Source: a virus
Lineage: Duplodnaviria > Caudoviricetes
IMG/VR virus record: IMGVR_UViG_3300021082_000038
Coordinates: 1-48,118 of that record
DNA length: 48,118 nt
Direction: 5' to 3' (one strand)
Shown: one piece after another, positions 27,896 to 36,557 of the stretch
How positions within the stretch are numbered: position 1 is the first letter of the stretch
Layout: every line of letters starts with the position of its first letter
Notes under the pieces: model-generated
What the model was told of the DNA's origin: nothing
Databases searched by the model: none
The model's input: only the letters and a program-made list of their open reading frames with translations
Translations under genes and position numbers: made by a program

Positions 27896-28037
27896 GTCCT
27901 CGGCGGACACGGGCTCTGCGTCCTTGCTTGATTCGCTCTTCTCGCTCAACTTGCGCCTCCTCTTGCCCCTTAGAGCACTTCTTGCATGGATCCCCTGGGA
28001 ATTTCGTCCCACAGGCAGGACACGTCGGGGTCTTCAT
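27828..28037 (-). CDS. Small basic zinc-ribbon protein
   Basis: MKTPTCPACG...CKKC, Arg-rich; GGAGG RBS. Confidence 0.55.
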   Translation of the reverse strand: MKTPTCPACGTKFPGDPCKKCSKGQEEAQVEREERIKQGRRARVRRGHGRQAAVPGRVSTGRRPRKPQV

Positions 28038-28168
28038 AGATTGAGGTCCTCCGCTTCTGACTCCTGCACCTCGCCGTTGTTCTTGCCCACTGCCTCCTCC
28101 ATGTCCTTCAGCGCCTGCTGGGCATCCTCCTCCTTGTCGAAGTGGGCTTCTACACGTACCTCCCACAT
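28034..28168 (-). CDS. Small acidic protein (44 aa; not in the ORF track)
   Basis: MWEVRVEAHFDKEEDAQQALKDMEEAVGKNNGEVQESEAEDLNL, with TGATG and ATGA overlaps at both ends. Confidence 0.65.
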   Translation of the reverse strand: MWEVRVEAHFDKEEDAQQALKDMEEAVGKNNGEVQESEAEDLNL

Positions 28169-28410
28169 CAGATGTCCTTCAGTGCCGCGTCACGGATGGC
28201 GATTTCGTGCAGCACCTTGGCCCCTCGGTACTCCTCGAGCACGGAGTTGACCCCCTCGACCAGCTGTGGGAACAGCGGGGACGAGTTGTTGCTTTGGGCG
28301 ATGATCAGCCCCCGCAGGAAGATCTCACCCTCCTCGGGCGTCTCGATGATGAACGAGAGCTTTTTCTTGCTGAAGGTTGGCTCCTTCAGTACCTCAGTCG
28401 TCTCAGCCAT
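28168..28410 (-). CDS. Hypothetical protein
   Basis: 80 aa, translationally coupled. Confidence 0.65.
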   Translation of the reverse strand: MAETTEVLKEPTFSKKKLSFIIETPEEGEIFLRGLIIAQSNNSSPLFPQLVEGVNSVLEEYRGAKVLHEIAIRDAALKDI

Positions 28411-28628
28411 TACACAGGCTCCTTCATGAAGGCACAGACGTCAACGACGGCCTCGTCAACAGCCTTGTGCAGTGCCTCCCCGTTCTTCTGGGAGTTGTGG
28501 CAGATGTAGTCGACGGCGGCACAGAACACGTCCACGATCGACTCAGCCACGACCCTCACGGGAGTGACTGTCATGCTGTGGTCCTCGTCATCGAGAACCG
28601 TGCGCAGTGCCTCACGCTGCTTCTTCAT
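28410..28628 (-). CDS. Hypothetical protein
   Basis: 72 aa, translationally coupled. Confidence 0.6.
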   Translation of the reverse strand: MKKQREALRTVLDDEDHSMTVTPVRVVAESIVDVFCAAVDYICHNSQKNGEALHKAVDEAVVDVCAFMKEPV

Positions 28629-29329
28629 TTCTTCCTCCTTGCCTTGCGGTTGACACGATGGACGCCTGGCTTGACCTTGACCGTCAGCCAGAACTGATTG
28701 CTACGCCGGTAGTACGTATCCCTCGTCGTGGTCCCACAGACACGACAAGCGAGTAGTGGTAGCTTCCTTTCCTTGAGTGGATAATTGCCCTTCTCGTCGG
28801 GCTGACGTGAGCGGATCATGGCGTAGACGAATTGTTCAGGGCGTACCCGGTAGAACTTGCGTGCGGTCATGCAGGCCGGACACCACTTGTAGGGAGATGG
28901 AATCTTGTTTCTCAGCTTCGGTGGTATCATGTAGCCATGTCGCGAGATCACACACGCCTGTGGGTCAACATACTGCGCTTGCTCTGCCACGAAGACCAGG
29001 GCAGATGCTACGGTCGTGAAGTACTTCTTGTAGCGCTTACCTGTCTTAGCTGATCTCCACGTAACGTACCAGGGGAACTTGTTAGCTATCTGGCTGTGAC
29101 GTAGTGGTTCCTGCAGGGCGGTGGCGCGTAGCCCATAGGGGACCTTGTACTCGTGTCCGTTACGTCGGTACCAACCATCGTCTCCCACGACAAGAGTCTT
29201 CGAACGGTCATGGCGCTTCTGAAACCATGCGTAGACCTCCTCCGTGAGGTATTTTCCCTGAAGCATATTGCCCAGTAGCCCTCCTCCGAAGAGTTCGTCG
29301 GCAGTGCGAGGCATCTTCGACTTAGCCAT
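28625..29329 (-). CDS. Basic hypothetical protein with a zinc ribbon
   Basis: CPAC...CRVC; K/R-rich; GGAG RBS before ATG 29329. Confidence 0.65.
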   Translation of the reverse strand: MAKSKMPRTADELFGGGLLGNMLQGKYLTEEVYAWFQKRHDRSKTLVVGDDGWYRRNGHEYKVPYGLRATALQEPLRHSQIANKFPWYVTWRSAKTGKRYKKYFTTVASALVFVAEQAQYVDPQACVISRHGYMIPPKLRNKIPSPYKWCPACMTARKFYRVRPEQFVYAMIRSRQPDEKGNYPLKERKLPLLACRVCGTTTRDTYYRRSNQFWLTVKVKPGVHRVNRKARRKK

Positions 29330-29552
29330 CGAAGTACTCCGCAAACGATTGAACCTCGGCTATCTCTCCTTGTGCCCACTCTATCTGAGCCTGGATTTTC
29401 GCCTGCCAGTTCTCTTGCACCATAGGTGGCCAATGTGCAGCGACTGTGTTGAAGAGTCCCACGTTGACCATTAGCTCCATGACCGCATGCTGGAGATCGT
29501 GGTAGATCTCATCACGATACTCCTCACGGCCCGCCTCCTCATCTCCACCCAT
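29322..29552 (-). CDS. Hypothetical protein
   Basis: 76 aa; GGGAGG RBS; first gene after a promoter. Confidence 0.65.
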   Translation of the reverse strand: MGGDEEAGREEYRDEIYHDLQHAVMELMVNVGLFNTVAAHWPPMVQENWQAKIQAQIEWAQGEIAEVQSFAEYFDG

Positions 29553-29593
29553 CAGCCTCCCTTGTCAGTATCGGTCATTACATCTCACAATTC

Positions 29594-29622
29594 ATTGTAT
29601 CACGTCCGGACCGGGACCACAA
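29594..29622 (-). promoter_or_regulatory. Sigma70/SigA-like promoter (leftward)
   Basis: TTGTGG-N17-TACAAT with TG extension. Confidence 0.65.
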
Positions 29623-29655
29623 ATTGGCTGACGGAGGATACTCCATACGGGCATG

Positions 29656-29661
29656 TATAAT
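29656..29661 (+). promoter_or_regulatory. -10 element (TATAAT) for the primase-helicase, divergent from the leftward promoter
   Basis: Perfect TATAAT 40 nt upstream of ATG 29701. Confidence 0.55.
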
Positions 29662-29700
29662 AACAGTGCAGCTGTTCTGACAACCACTCAAGGGAGGCGC

Positions 29701-31746
29701 ATGGCTGACGTAGTCATGGACGTAGCAGAAGACTTCCTGGACGTCGTCTACGGGGAAAGGAAGGCATGGATTGATCTACCATCCAAGGTCGGCAAGTACT
29801 GGGTATCTTTTTATACCGAGTGGCCTGCCGAGAGCAGAATTAGTAACCGCATTGACTATTGCCTCCGCGATAGAGAGGATCTGTATTACAGCGTGGCTCA
29901 GTTCTCTCAGCGAGGACGACGCATCGAGGACGTACTACCTGTCCAATGGCTCTGGGCTGACCTGGACGAGGTACACCCCTCCACTGCTAGTAAGTTCGGT
30001 TACCTTCCCACGATTGCCATCCAGTCTAGTCCGGGTCGATTCCAGGGCCTATGGCGACTGGATAGAGAGCTCAAGCCAGCCAGTGCCTCCCGTATCAACC
30101 GCGCGCTGTCTTATGCGCTGGATGCGGATAAAGGTGGCTGGGATCTAACACAGGTTCTTCGCATACCGTTCACCCGGAACTACAAGTATCCCTCTGCGCC
30201 GGTTGTTGAGCTTATGTGGTACAAGCCAGAGTTGGTCTATAACCCACAGTACCTCTGGACAGAGCTCAAGAAGATGCTGCCCACAGAGACGCTGGAAGGA
30301 ATGAAGCCTGGCAAGGGGCGTGTCGAGGTGCCTCGCACGGGTATATCGTCGAGGGCTAAGGTGCTGCTCAGGGCTACTGAGGATATGGTCGTCGAGGGTG
30401 AACGGTCTGCTCGGGTGTGGGAATTGATCTGTCTTCTGGCCGAGTCAGGGCTGAATGAGCAGGAGATCTTCGATCTGGTGTGGGCCAGCGCGTGGTCACA
30501 GTCCAAGCAGGACGGCATGAGGGCCGGGCAGACGAGAGTGTGGCGCGAGGTGCGGAAGGGGATCGGGCACGTGCAGCGCCAAGTCTCGCTGCGGCCGACC
30601 GTGGTTGCCCCCCTGGGGGAGGAGGAAGATGACGATCCTGGCCTCCCTGAAGAGGGGGAGCCAGCTGACGATGTGGTGGAGGAGATCCCCGAGCGTCTGC
30701 CCTTCGTAGGCTATGGCTCGTTCATGGCGATGAGAATGGAGGCTCCTAAGTGGCTGGTGAAAGACATCTGGACGGCTCAATCGCACGGGATCATCGGCGG
30801 GGAACCGAAGACCTCGAAGACAACACTGGCGCTGGCGCTTGCTCTTGCTGTGGCGAGTGGGAAGCCTTTCCTGGGGCAGTACCCCGTCGCTACACAGGGT
30901 CCGGTCCTGTTTGTGCAGGAGGAGAATGCACCGTGGATGATGCAGGACCGGCTGCGCAAGCTGGCTGCATACAGTGGCCTCATCTCAGGCACGGATACCC
31001 AGACTCGTTCGGCACGGCGTGATGACCTAGCCCGCAAGGGCCGTCTGGTGGTACAACTGGACTTCCCCGAGGATGTACCTCTTCGTTTCCTCAACAACTG
31101 GGGCTTCGACCTCGATGAGGAAGACCATCGGGACATGCTCGAAGAGGAAGTGAGCGTGACCAAGCCAGCGCTAGTCGTGCTGGATCCATTGTACTTGTTG
31201 CTAGGAGGCGCTGATCTTGACAAAGCTAGCTCCCTTCGCCCTTTCCTCAAGTGGCTGCTGCATCTGCGTTATGCTTACGGAACAGCTATCGCGGTCGTAC
31301 ACCACTTTCGGAAGGCTTCTGGCCAACCTGGGCAGCACCAAGGCCGAACGGGACAGCGGGTGCTGGGTTCTACAACGCTTCACGGCTGGTCGGACACTGC
31401 GCTATACGCTAGTGCTCGAGAATCGCTTAGGACCGGATGGACCTCGACTCATATAGAGACTGAGTTCCGTTCGATGGCCCCACAGATGCCTATCGACTTG
31501 TCGCTCACGTTGGGTCAGCCAGGAGACCTGCACATGGAGGCTGAGATCCTGAAGTTCAACATCGCCGACAAGCTCTTCGATCTAGTCCCCTTCGAGGGTA
31601 CCATTTCGGCTCCGGCGCTAGCTAAGGAGATGGATCTCGACAAGCGCATGATTCTCATGAGAGCTCGAGGTGACGCGCGACTGATCGTGTCAACGGGGAA
31701 TGGGCGAGGGAACGTCACACAGATCTCTAGAGCGAACGGAGGGTGA
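29701..31746 (+). CDS. Primase (RepB-like AEP)-helicase (AAA_25/RecA-like) fusion
   Basis: WADLD, SSPGRFQGLW, DLTQVLRIP; GEPKTSKT, VVLDPL, VVHH; GGGAGG RBS. Confidence 0.88.
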   Translation: MADVVMDVAEDFLDVVYGERKAWIDLPSKVGKYWVSFYTEWPAESRISNRIDYCLRDREDLYYSVAQFSQRGRRIEDVLPVQWLWADLDEVHPSTASKFGYLPTIAIQSSPGRFQGLWRLDRELKPASASRINRALSYALDADKGGWDLTQVLRIPFTRNYKYPSAPVVELMWYKPELVYNPQYLWTELKKMLPTETLEGMKPGKGRVEVPRTGISSRAKVLLRATEDMVVEGERSARVWELICLLAESGLNEQEIFDLVWASAWSQSKQDGMRAGQTRVWREVRKGIGHVQRQVSLRPTVVAPLGEEEDDDPGLPEEGEPADDVVEEIPERLPFVGYGSFMAMRMEAPKWLVKDIWTAQSHGIIGGEPKTSKTTLALALALAVASGKPFLGQYPVATQGPVLFVQEENAPWMMQDRLRKLAAYSGLISGTDTQTRSARRDDLARKGRLVVQLDFPEDVPLRFLNNWGFDLDEEDHRDMLEEEVSVTKPALVVLDPLYLLLGGADLDKASSLRPFLKWLLHLRYAYGTAIAVVHHFRKASGQPGQHQGRTGQRVLGSTTLHGWSDTALYASARESLRTGWTSTHIETEFRSMAPQMPIDLSLTLGQPGDLHMEAEILKFNIADKLFDLVPFEGTISAPALAKEMDLDKRMILMRARGDARLIVSTGNGRGNVTQISRANGG

Positions 31747-31747
31747 C

Positions 31748-32242
31748 GTGACGAGTGCTGATCGCAAGCGATTGCACCCTGCTCATGGAGAGCTGTACAC
31801 GCCGATTGGCCCGCAGTTCTATGCGCTGCTCGACCAGCTCTACCTCGAGTATGGGTCGTGGCGTATCGTGGCGTGGAAGACCGAGCTGCGGCTGAAGCAA
31901 CTCCGAACTCTTCGGAGAGGGGAACGTAAAGCCATATCCCTGCGGGTGCTAGACCGCATGATTACCACCTCAGGGGTTGGTAACTTGGGCGACTTCATCT
32001 TCTTCACTGCGGAGGATCTCGTCAAGCTCGGGATATGGAAAGAGCCTCGCTACGTCGAAGGGAACAAGAGGATCCAAGGGAGCGAAATCACGGAGGCGCC
32101 GATCATGACCCGACTGGAGCGTGAGAGATTGGGTCGAAAGAAGCGTCGGGATAAGATCGCAAAGAGGAAGAAAAGAGAGAAATTGGAAGCGAAACAAGAG
32201 GCAGCCAAATGGAAGAAACGTAGTGATGGATGGTTTCGGTAG
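31748..32242 (+). CDS. Putative XRE-like DNA-binding protein with a basic tail
   Basis: SWRIVAWKTELRLKQLRTLRRGERKAISLRVLD is HTH-like; K/R-rich C-terminus. Confidence 0.5.
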   Translation: MTSADRKRLHPAHGELYTPIGPQFYALLDQLYLEYGSWRIVAWKTELRLKQLRTLRRGERKAISLRVLDRMITTSGVGNLGDFIFFTAEDLVKLGIWKEPRYVEGNKRIQGSEITEAPIMTRLERERLGRKKRRDKIAKRKKREKLEAKQEAAKWKKRSDGWFR

Positions 32243-32363
32243 ATGACTATGTGGCTCACGCCTGTTGTCAGTTTTGATAAACAGTACAATAAAGGGCGGA
32301 GATCCGTCGTAGAGGTACTCGGGGGTAAAAACAGTGCATCCTCACGGTTATGTCCTACCACCT

Positions 32364-32396
32364 TGTAAACATAATACCCGTAGGGTATTGTTTACA
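32364..32396. repeat. AT-rich inverted repeat in the intergenic region (origin/operator candidate)
   Basis: TGTAAAC(AT)AATACCC-GTA-GGGTATTGTTTACA. Confidence 0.6.
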
Positions 32397-32477
32397 GTTG
32401 GGACTGGGCACTTGTACTGTTTCTAGAAGAGATGTGTCCCACAGGTGCGTGTTCGGTCAGACAAATGAGGGAGGATC

Positions 32478-32972
32478 ATGTCCGAATTGAGCTACATCAT
32501 GCGACCGTCCGAGGTGTTCAAGCTGTATCTCTCCGAGAAGATGACTGTCCCTGAGGACGCGATCCAGTTCGGGATGCTGGCGATGGGCCTCGAGATCGTG
32601 ACGGTCATCAAGACACTCGAAGCGCTTCCGACCACAGCTGTGGGTACACGCGAGGAGACCATCTCCGTGCTGCACACTCTGCTGAAAGACGTCGGGCTGG
32701 ATCTGTATGCCTATGAGTGGTACGAGCGTCTCAACGACTGGCGTCGGCCTTCCTTTGTGCCCGCTCACGAGCCCGAGCATACCGAGCCTTCTGAGCCTCA
32801 GATCCCGCCGTTGTCGCTCGCTCACGCTTCTCTGCTCGCTTCGAGGCTTCGATCAGAGCAAGACCTTGAAAGTACTTCCTCTCCAGAGCATTCCGATCTA
32901 CCGACGGACCCTGCATCAGCCGAGTCGGCCTTGCCATCTGAGCCAGAAGCCGAACCCAGGAACGCTGAGTGA
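32478..32972 (+). CDS. Hypothetical protein
   Basis: GGGAGG RBS; 3' part overlaps the opposite-strand ORF. Confidence 0.55.
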   Translation: MSELSYIMRPSEVFKLYLSEKMTVPEDAIQFGMLAMGLEIVTVIKTLEALPTTAVGTREETISVLHTLLKDVGLDLYAYEWYERLNDWRRPSFVPAHEPEHTEPSEPQIPPLSLAHASLLASRLRSEQDLESTSSPEHSDLPTDPASAESALPSEPEAEPRNAE

Positions 32973-33126
32973 TATGGATCTCACGACCGAAGTGAACGCC
33001 CGGCTGGATCGAGCGGAGAGTGATGTAACCGTCATAGAACATCACCTTGATAGTGCCCTTACCGTTAGGGACGCTTATGGTGAAGGGCTTACCATGCTTC
33101 AACAGGTACTTACTGAACTTACCCAT
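32731..33126 (-). CDS. Hypothetical basic protein
   Basis: AAAGGAG RBS; 131 aa. Confidence 0.6.
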   Translation of the reverse strand: MGKFSKYLLKHGKPFTISVPNGKGTIKVMFYDGYITLRSIQPGVHFGREIHITQRSWVRLLAQMARPTRLMQGPSVDRNALERKYFQGLALIEASKRAEKRERATTAGSEAQKARYARARERAQRKADASR

Positions 33127-33138
33127 GCTCTCCTTTCC

Positions 33139-33181
33139 AAAAGAAAGAGGGTGCCGGATGAATCCCCATCCGACACCCTCT
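33139..33181 (-). terminator. Intrinsic terminator
   Basis: AGAGGGTGTCGGATG...CATCCGGCACCCTCT followed by TTCTTTT on the minus strand. Confidence 0.75.
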
Positions 33182-33212
33182 CGCCCTACTCCCTGCGCAG
33201 AGAGGAGCTACG

Positions 33213-33779
33213 CTACTTGGTAGCGCGCTTCTTCTTCCTCGCGGGGGCAGGCTCTTCGTCCACGTCGTCGTCGTACTCCTCGACCTCTTCGGCCTCGTCC
33301 TCGTCGTCGTCCGACGCGGCGGCCTTCTTGGTCTTCTTGCCCTTCTTCTTCTTGGAGCCGACGCGCTCCTTCAGCTCATCGAGGCGCTTCGTCCGGGACT
33401 CCGCGAGTGCTGCCTTCGCGTCGTCCACGTCGTCGAAGCCGAGATCCTCGAGAGCCGAATCGAGGTCGTCCCACTCGTACCGGTTGTTGGCGTTCTTGGC
33501 GATCTTCTTCTGCCGGAGCATGACGCGCAGCTCCCGACCAGAAGTATCGAGCGCCGTCGCCAGCTCTGCCGAGCCGAAGGTCGTGGACTCCTTCTTCTTG
33601 GCAGCCGGCTTCTTCTTCTTCGACTTCCGAGCAGGAGCTTCCTCCTCATCCTCCTCGTCGTCGTCCTCGTCCTCGACATCCTCCTCGTCGTCGGCGAGGT
33701 CTTCCAGGTCGTCCAACTCGTCGAGCTCGTCGACCTCCTCGACTTCCTCGACTTCGACCTTCTTCTTACGTGGTGCCAT
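33213..33779 (-). CDS. HTH protein flanked by acidic and Lys-rich blocks
   Basis: Core FGSAELATALDTSGRELRVMLR; long D/E tracts and KKKK clusters; AAGGAGG RBS. Confidence 0.75.
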   Translation of the reverse strand: MAPRKKKVEVEEVEEVDELDELDDLEDLADDEEDVEDEDDDEEDEEEAPARKSKKKKPAAKKKESTTFGSAELATALDTSGRELRVMLRQKKIAKNANNRYEWDDLDSALEDLGFDDVDDAKAALAESRTKRLDELKERVGSKKKKGKKTKKAAASDDDEDEAEEVEEYDDDVDEEPAPARKKKRATK

Positions 33780-33849
33780 TACGGCCTCCTTGGCCTCTCG
33801 CCCTGAGGTATGTTAGGTGCTGAGCGGGGCGAGAATCACTCATAGCACT

Positions 33850-33878
33850 ATCTTATCACACCCGTCTGCCCGTGTCAA
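33850..33878 (-). promoter_or_regulatory. Strong sigma70/SigA-like early promoter
   Basis: TTGACA-N17-TAAGAT with TG extension. Confidence 0.8.
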
Positions 33879-33900
33879 ATCCGACACTGCGCCAGGTGGA

Positions 33901-34089
33901 TCACTCCGTAGTGTTGTCAAGGATCCATTGGGCGAGTGTACGGGCCGACTTGACCGACGTATTGAGAACCATGAACGTGGGTCCGGTACTGTCCATGCGA
34001 TCCCATCTCACCCCTCGATCCGTGACAGTAACCCGGAGAGCAAAGGGAAACCTGCGGTCCTTGCAACGGATCTGTGCTCGTCGCCTCAA
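33901..34089 (-). CDS. Hypothetical early protein
   Basis: 62 aa; overlaps the upstream stop. Confidence 0.45.
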   Translation of the reverse strand: MRRRAQIRCKDRRFPFALRVTVTDRGVRWDRMDSTGPTFMVLNTSVKSARTLAQWILDNTTE

Positions 34090-34514
34090 TGGATCTCAGC
34101 TCTCGCCTGGCTGATGTTCTCCAGGGTCTTGAACTCGAAGGTGACGTGCGGCTTGTTGTCCGTGTTCCGAGCCTCGATCTCCACAACCAACTGCCCATCA
34201 CGGATCACGAGGTGAGCCTCGATGGTAGCTAGGAGGAATGCCGCAGAGCCCTCCACACGGTCTATGTCCATGCGGCCCCAGTCCTCATTGACTCCCTGGG
34301 TGCATGCTATATTCCTCTTCTCTAGGAGTAGCATGTCGTGGACCTCATCCCAGGTGAACTTACCACCCTTGCCGATGAGTGACCACCGAATCGCTTCCAC
34401 CAGGTCATACTCAGTCTTACCGTCCATGCTGAAATGCTCAACTGACCTGCCTTGCCTGACGGTGACCGTGTTGTCCCGGTTGATCTTCATGGTGAAGGAT
34501 ACTCGTGCCATCAT
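34086..34514 (-). CDS. Hypothetical early protein
   Basis: 142 aa, translationally coupled. Confidence 0.6.
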   Translation of the reverse strand: MMARVSFTMKINRDNTVTVRQGRSVEHFSMDGKTEYDLVEAIRWSLIGKGGKFTWDEVHDMLLLEKRNIACTQGVNEDWGRMDIDRVEGSAAFLLATIEAHLVIRDGQLVVEIEARNTDNKPHVTFEFKTLENISQARAEIH

Positions 34515-34675
34515 CTGCCCCTGAGCCAGATAAGACCCTCGTTGTACCCTCCAGTGTGGGCAATAGCTCTTCGCCTCACTCCCTTGTTCCTACCTTTCCG
34601 TTTCTTGCCCCCATCAGGCCGACGCAGCCTGGGGTCCGAGGTGACCTTGAAGCCGTCGTGTTCTCGGAAGGCCAT
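34511..34675 (-). CDS. Small basic early protein
   Basis: MAFREHDGF..., R/K-rich. Confidence 0.5.
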   Translation of the reverse strand: MAFREHDGFKVTSDPRLRRPDGGKKRKGRNKGVRRRAIAHTGGYNEGLIWLRGR

Positions 34676-34676
34676 G

Positions 34677-34982
34677 TTACGCAGCCAACGAGACGTCGTC
34701 CTCAATGTGGAAGCTCCATGTCGGATTGTGCAGCTTCATCCGATCCACGTAGCTAATGACTTGCCCCTCCGGCAGCTTGGCAAGAATCTCCAAACCATCG
34801 AAGGGGCTGAAAGCGTGAGCACCCATTGGATCGGCGCATGCTTCGGGACGGAACACGAGGATGAGTTTCAGTCTCTCAGGTGTGCGGCAAGTGTCGCAGA
34901 GGACCTGATGGGGGAACTGAAACTCAGAGCCATCGTGATAGACGGGTGTGCCACAAGAGTGGCAAGCGTCTATGATGGGCAT
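34677..34982 (-). CDS. Zinc-finger-like early protein
   Basis: CHSC...CDTC; AAAGGAG RBS; alternative in-frame ATG at 35018. Confidence 0.6.
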   Translation of the reverse strand: MPIIDACHSCGTPVYHDGSEFQFPHQVLCDTCRTPERLKLILVFRPEACADPMGAHAFSPFDGLEILAKLPEGQVISYVDRMKLHNPTWSFHIEDDVSLAA

Positions 34983-35025
34983 TGAGCTCCTTTCATGAGT
35001 CGCGGGATTGCGATTCATTAGTTCT

Positions 35026-35055
35026 ATCGTATCATACTGGAGTACTGTCTGTCAA
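35026..35055 (-). promoter_or_regulatory. Sigma70/SigA-like early promoter
   Basis: TTGACA-N18-TACGAT with TG extension. Confidence 0.75.
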
Positions 35056-35061
35056 CTACTA

Positions 35062-35316
35062 TCACTTCCCGGGACCGCAGATCTTGTTCCCCATCGTGGT
35101 GCAGTCCCAACAGGGCATATCCTCTTGGCAGGTGATCGCGGTTGACTGGAGCTTGTTCAGCTGAACGGACAGATCGTGGATGACGAAGGTACCGATGATG
35201 GCAAGACCTATGAGGCAGATCATTACCATCCATACCACATTCTCCATGGTGAAGATGGGCGGGCCTGGTTCCACTGCCTCATCGTCAGGTCCCCAAGCGT
35301 CTCGCAATGAGCCCAT
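35062..35316 (-). CDS. Membrane protein with a Cys-rich CxEDxPCWDCxxMGNxxC motif
   Basis: One TM helix followed by CQEDMPCWDCTTMGNKICG. Confidence 0.7.
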   Translation of the reverse strand: MGSLRDAWGPDDEAVEPGPPIFTMENVVWMVMICLIGLAIIGTFVIHDLSVQLNKLQSTAITCQEDMPCWDCTTMGNKICGPGK

Positions 35317-35318
35317 TG

Positions 35319-35552
35319 CTACTCCTTCCCGAAAGCATCGCGGAGTGCCCGCCGTGCCTTCACTAGATGCCCGATGGTGGGCGAGTATAGCTCCACTGCC
35401 TCAGCCTCGATGGCAATGACGCCGATGACCCGAGCCAGGTCAATGATGGCCTGCTCGATCTCCTCACAGTCAGACCGGCGATCAGCACCAGCCCGATTGC
35501 GGTAAGCCTCGATGTTGTGGACGTTAGACACTTCGACCCTGTGGGCGGTCAC
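35319..35552 (-). CDS. Hypothetical early protein
   Basis: 77 aa in a tight operon. Confidence 0.5.
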   Translation of the reverse strand: MTAHRVEVSNVHNIEAYRNRAGADRRSDCEEIEQAIIDLARVIGVIAIEAEAVELYSPTIGHLVKARRALRDAFGKE

Positions 35553-35730
35553 TGTTGGCGGGATGGGTGATCTCCTTCAGACGGAAATCGGTCTCCGATA
35601 CGAGGTTCTGCCGTTCACCGCCACAGGTGTGCTCGAAGATCAGTTCCGACAGATGCCTAGCCAACTCCCCACCAGTCACATTCCTGCTGGAATCGACCTG
35701 GTAGGTGATGGTTACCTCATAGCGCTTCAT
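35524..35730 (-). CDS. Hypothetical early protein
   Basis: 68 aa; AAAGGA RBS; ATGA overlap. Confidence 0.55.
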   Translation of the reverse strand: MKRYEVTITYQVDSSRNVTGGELARHLSELIFEHTCGGERQNLVSETDFRLKEITHPANSDRPQGRSV

Positions 35731-35882
35731 CCGTAAATCCTTTCCCTTTCCTCGTCGGATAGCAGTTCCGCATGTTCCGTTGAGTCGATCTCGCCCATGT
35801 CCACAAGCATATGGGCTGCGTCGTCGGTTGAGATCCCTGCCTCATCCGCGAACTCCTTCAGAGCCTGAGCAGTCCAGGTCAT
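35727..35882 (-). CDS. Small acidic early protein
   Basis: MTWTAQALKEF..., 51 aa; ATGA overlap. Confidence 0.6.
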   Translation of the reverse strand: MTWTAQALKEFADEAGISTDDAAHMLVDMGEIDSTEHAELLSDEERERIYG

Positions 35883-36169
35883 CCCTGCTGCCCTCGGTAC
35901 TGCTGAATGCCGCATTCCAGGCCTACGTTGAATCCTTCGACACGGCCTGCGAACCACCAGCGCATAGCGTGGATCCGTTCGCCCTCATCCTCGATCATCC
36001 ACGGGTGGTGGAGCTCACAATCGGGATCGAGGTACTCGGAGTAGATGATGGATGGATAATACGGTCCATCGGGGTTCGTTGCGGCCTTCTGGGCACGAGC
36101 ACAGGTGCAGGGCTGCAGGTTTTCAGCAGCTCCTAGCTCCCGATGTGCTTCGGACGGTATAACGGGCAC
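35879..36169 (-). CDS. Hypothetical early protein
   Basis: 96 aa; CxC...DPDCELH motif; GGAGG RBS. Confidence 0.6.
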   Translation of the reverse strand: MPVIPSEAHRELGAAENLQPCTCARAQKAATNPDGPYYPSIIYSEYLDPDCELHHPWMIEDEGERIHAMRWWFAGRVEGFNVGLECGIQQYRGQQG

Positions 36170-36490
36170 TTAGCGCCTCCAGAGATGAGCGGGGAAGTTC
36201 CGCAAGCACTGCAAGCGGGACTTGAGTTGATCGGGTCCCCAATAGCATACGTCCTGCGAGGGGAGCTCGTTGTTGTGGCCAGAGGCCGGGATCGTGCGGT
36301 CGAGGCAGTAGTCGAAGCCTCCCTCCGCGATGTAAGCAAGGATCTGCTCCATGTGCTCGGAGTAGCCCAGCTCTGTAAGCACGAGCCTAGCAGAGAGTGG
36401 ACGGTACTCAGCCATCGCCAGGTCACAGGTCGTGAGCATCTGGGCAATAGCCTCGTTGCATTGGTCTTCGGTAAGCTTGGTATCGGTCAT
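36170..36490 (-). CDS. Hypothetical early protein
   Basis: AAGGAGGTG RBS before ATG 36490. Confidence 0.65.
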   Translation of the reverse strand: MTDTKLTEDQCNEAIAQMLTTCDLAMAEYRPLSARLVLTELGYSEHMEQILAYIAEGGFDYCLDRTIPASGHNNELPSQDVCYWGPDQLKSRLQCLRNFPAHLWRR

Positions 36491-36521
36491 GTGGATCACC
36501 TCCTTCGAGTTGACACGGCAA

Positions 36522-36554
36522 AGGGCGCAAGGCACAATATGCCTCACGCCCTCA
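36522..36554 (-). terminator. Hairpin / possible weak terminator
   Basis: AGGGCG.AGGCA...TGCCT.CGCCCT followed by a short T run, after the HTH gene. Confidence 0.45.
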
Positions 36555-36557
36555 CCG

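Noticed and set aside
32707-33816. 369 aa Ser-rich + strand ORF
   Set aside because: Antisense shadow of the D/E/K-rich gene, which has its own promoter, RBS and terminator.
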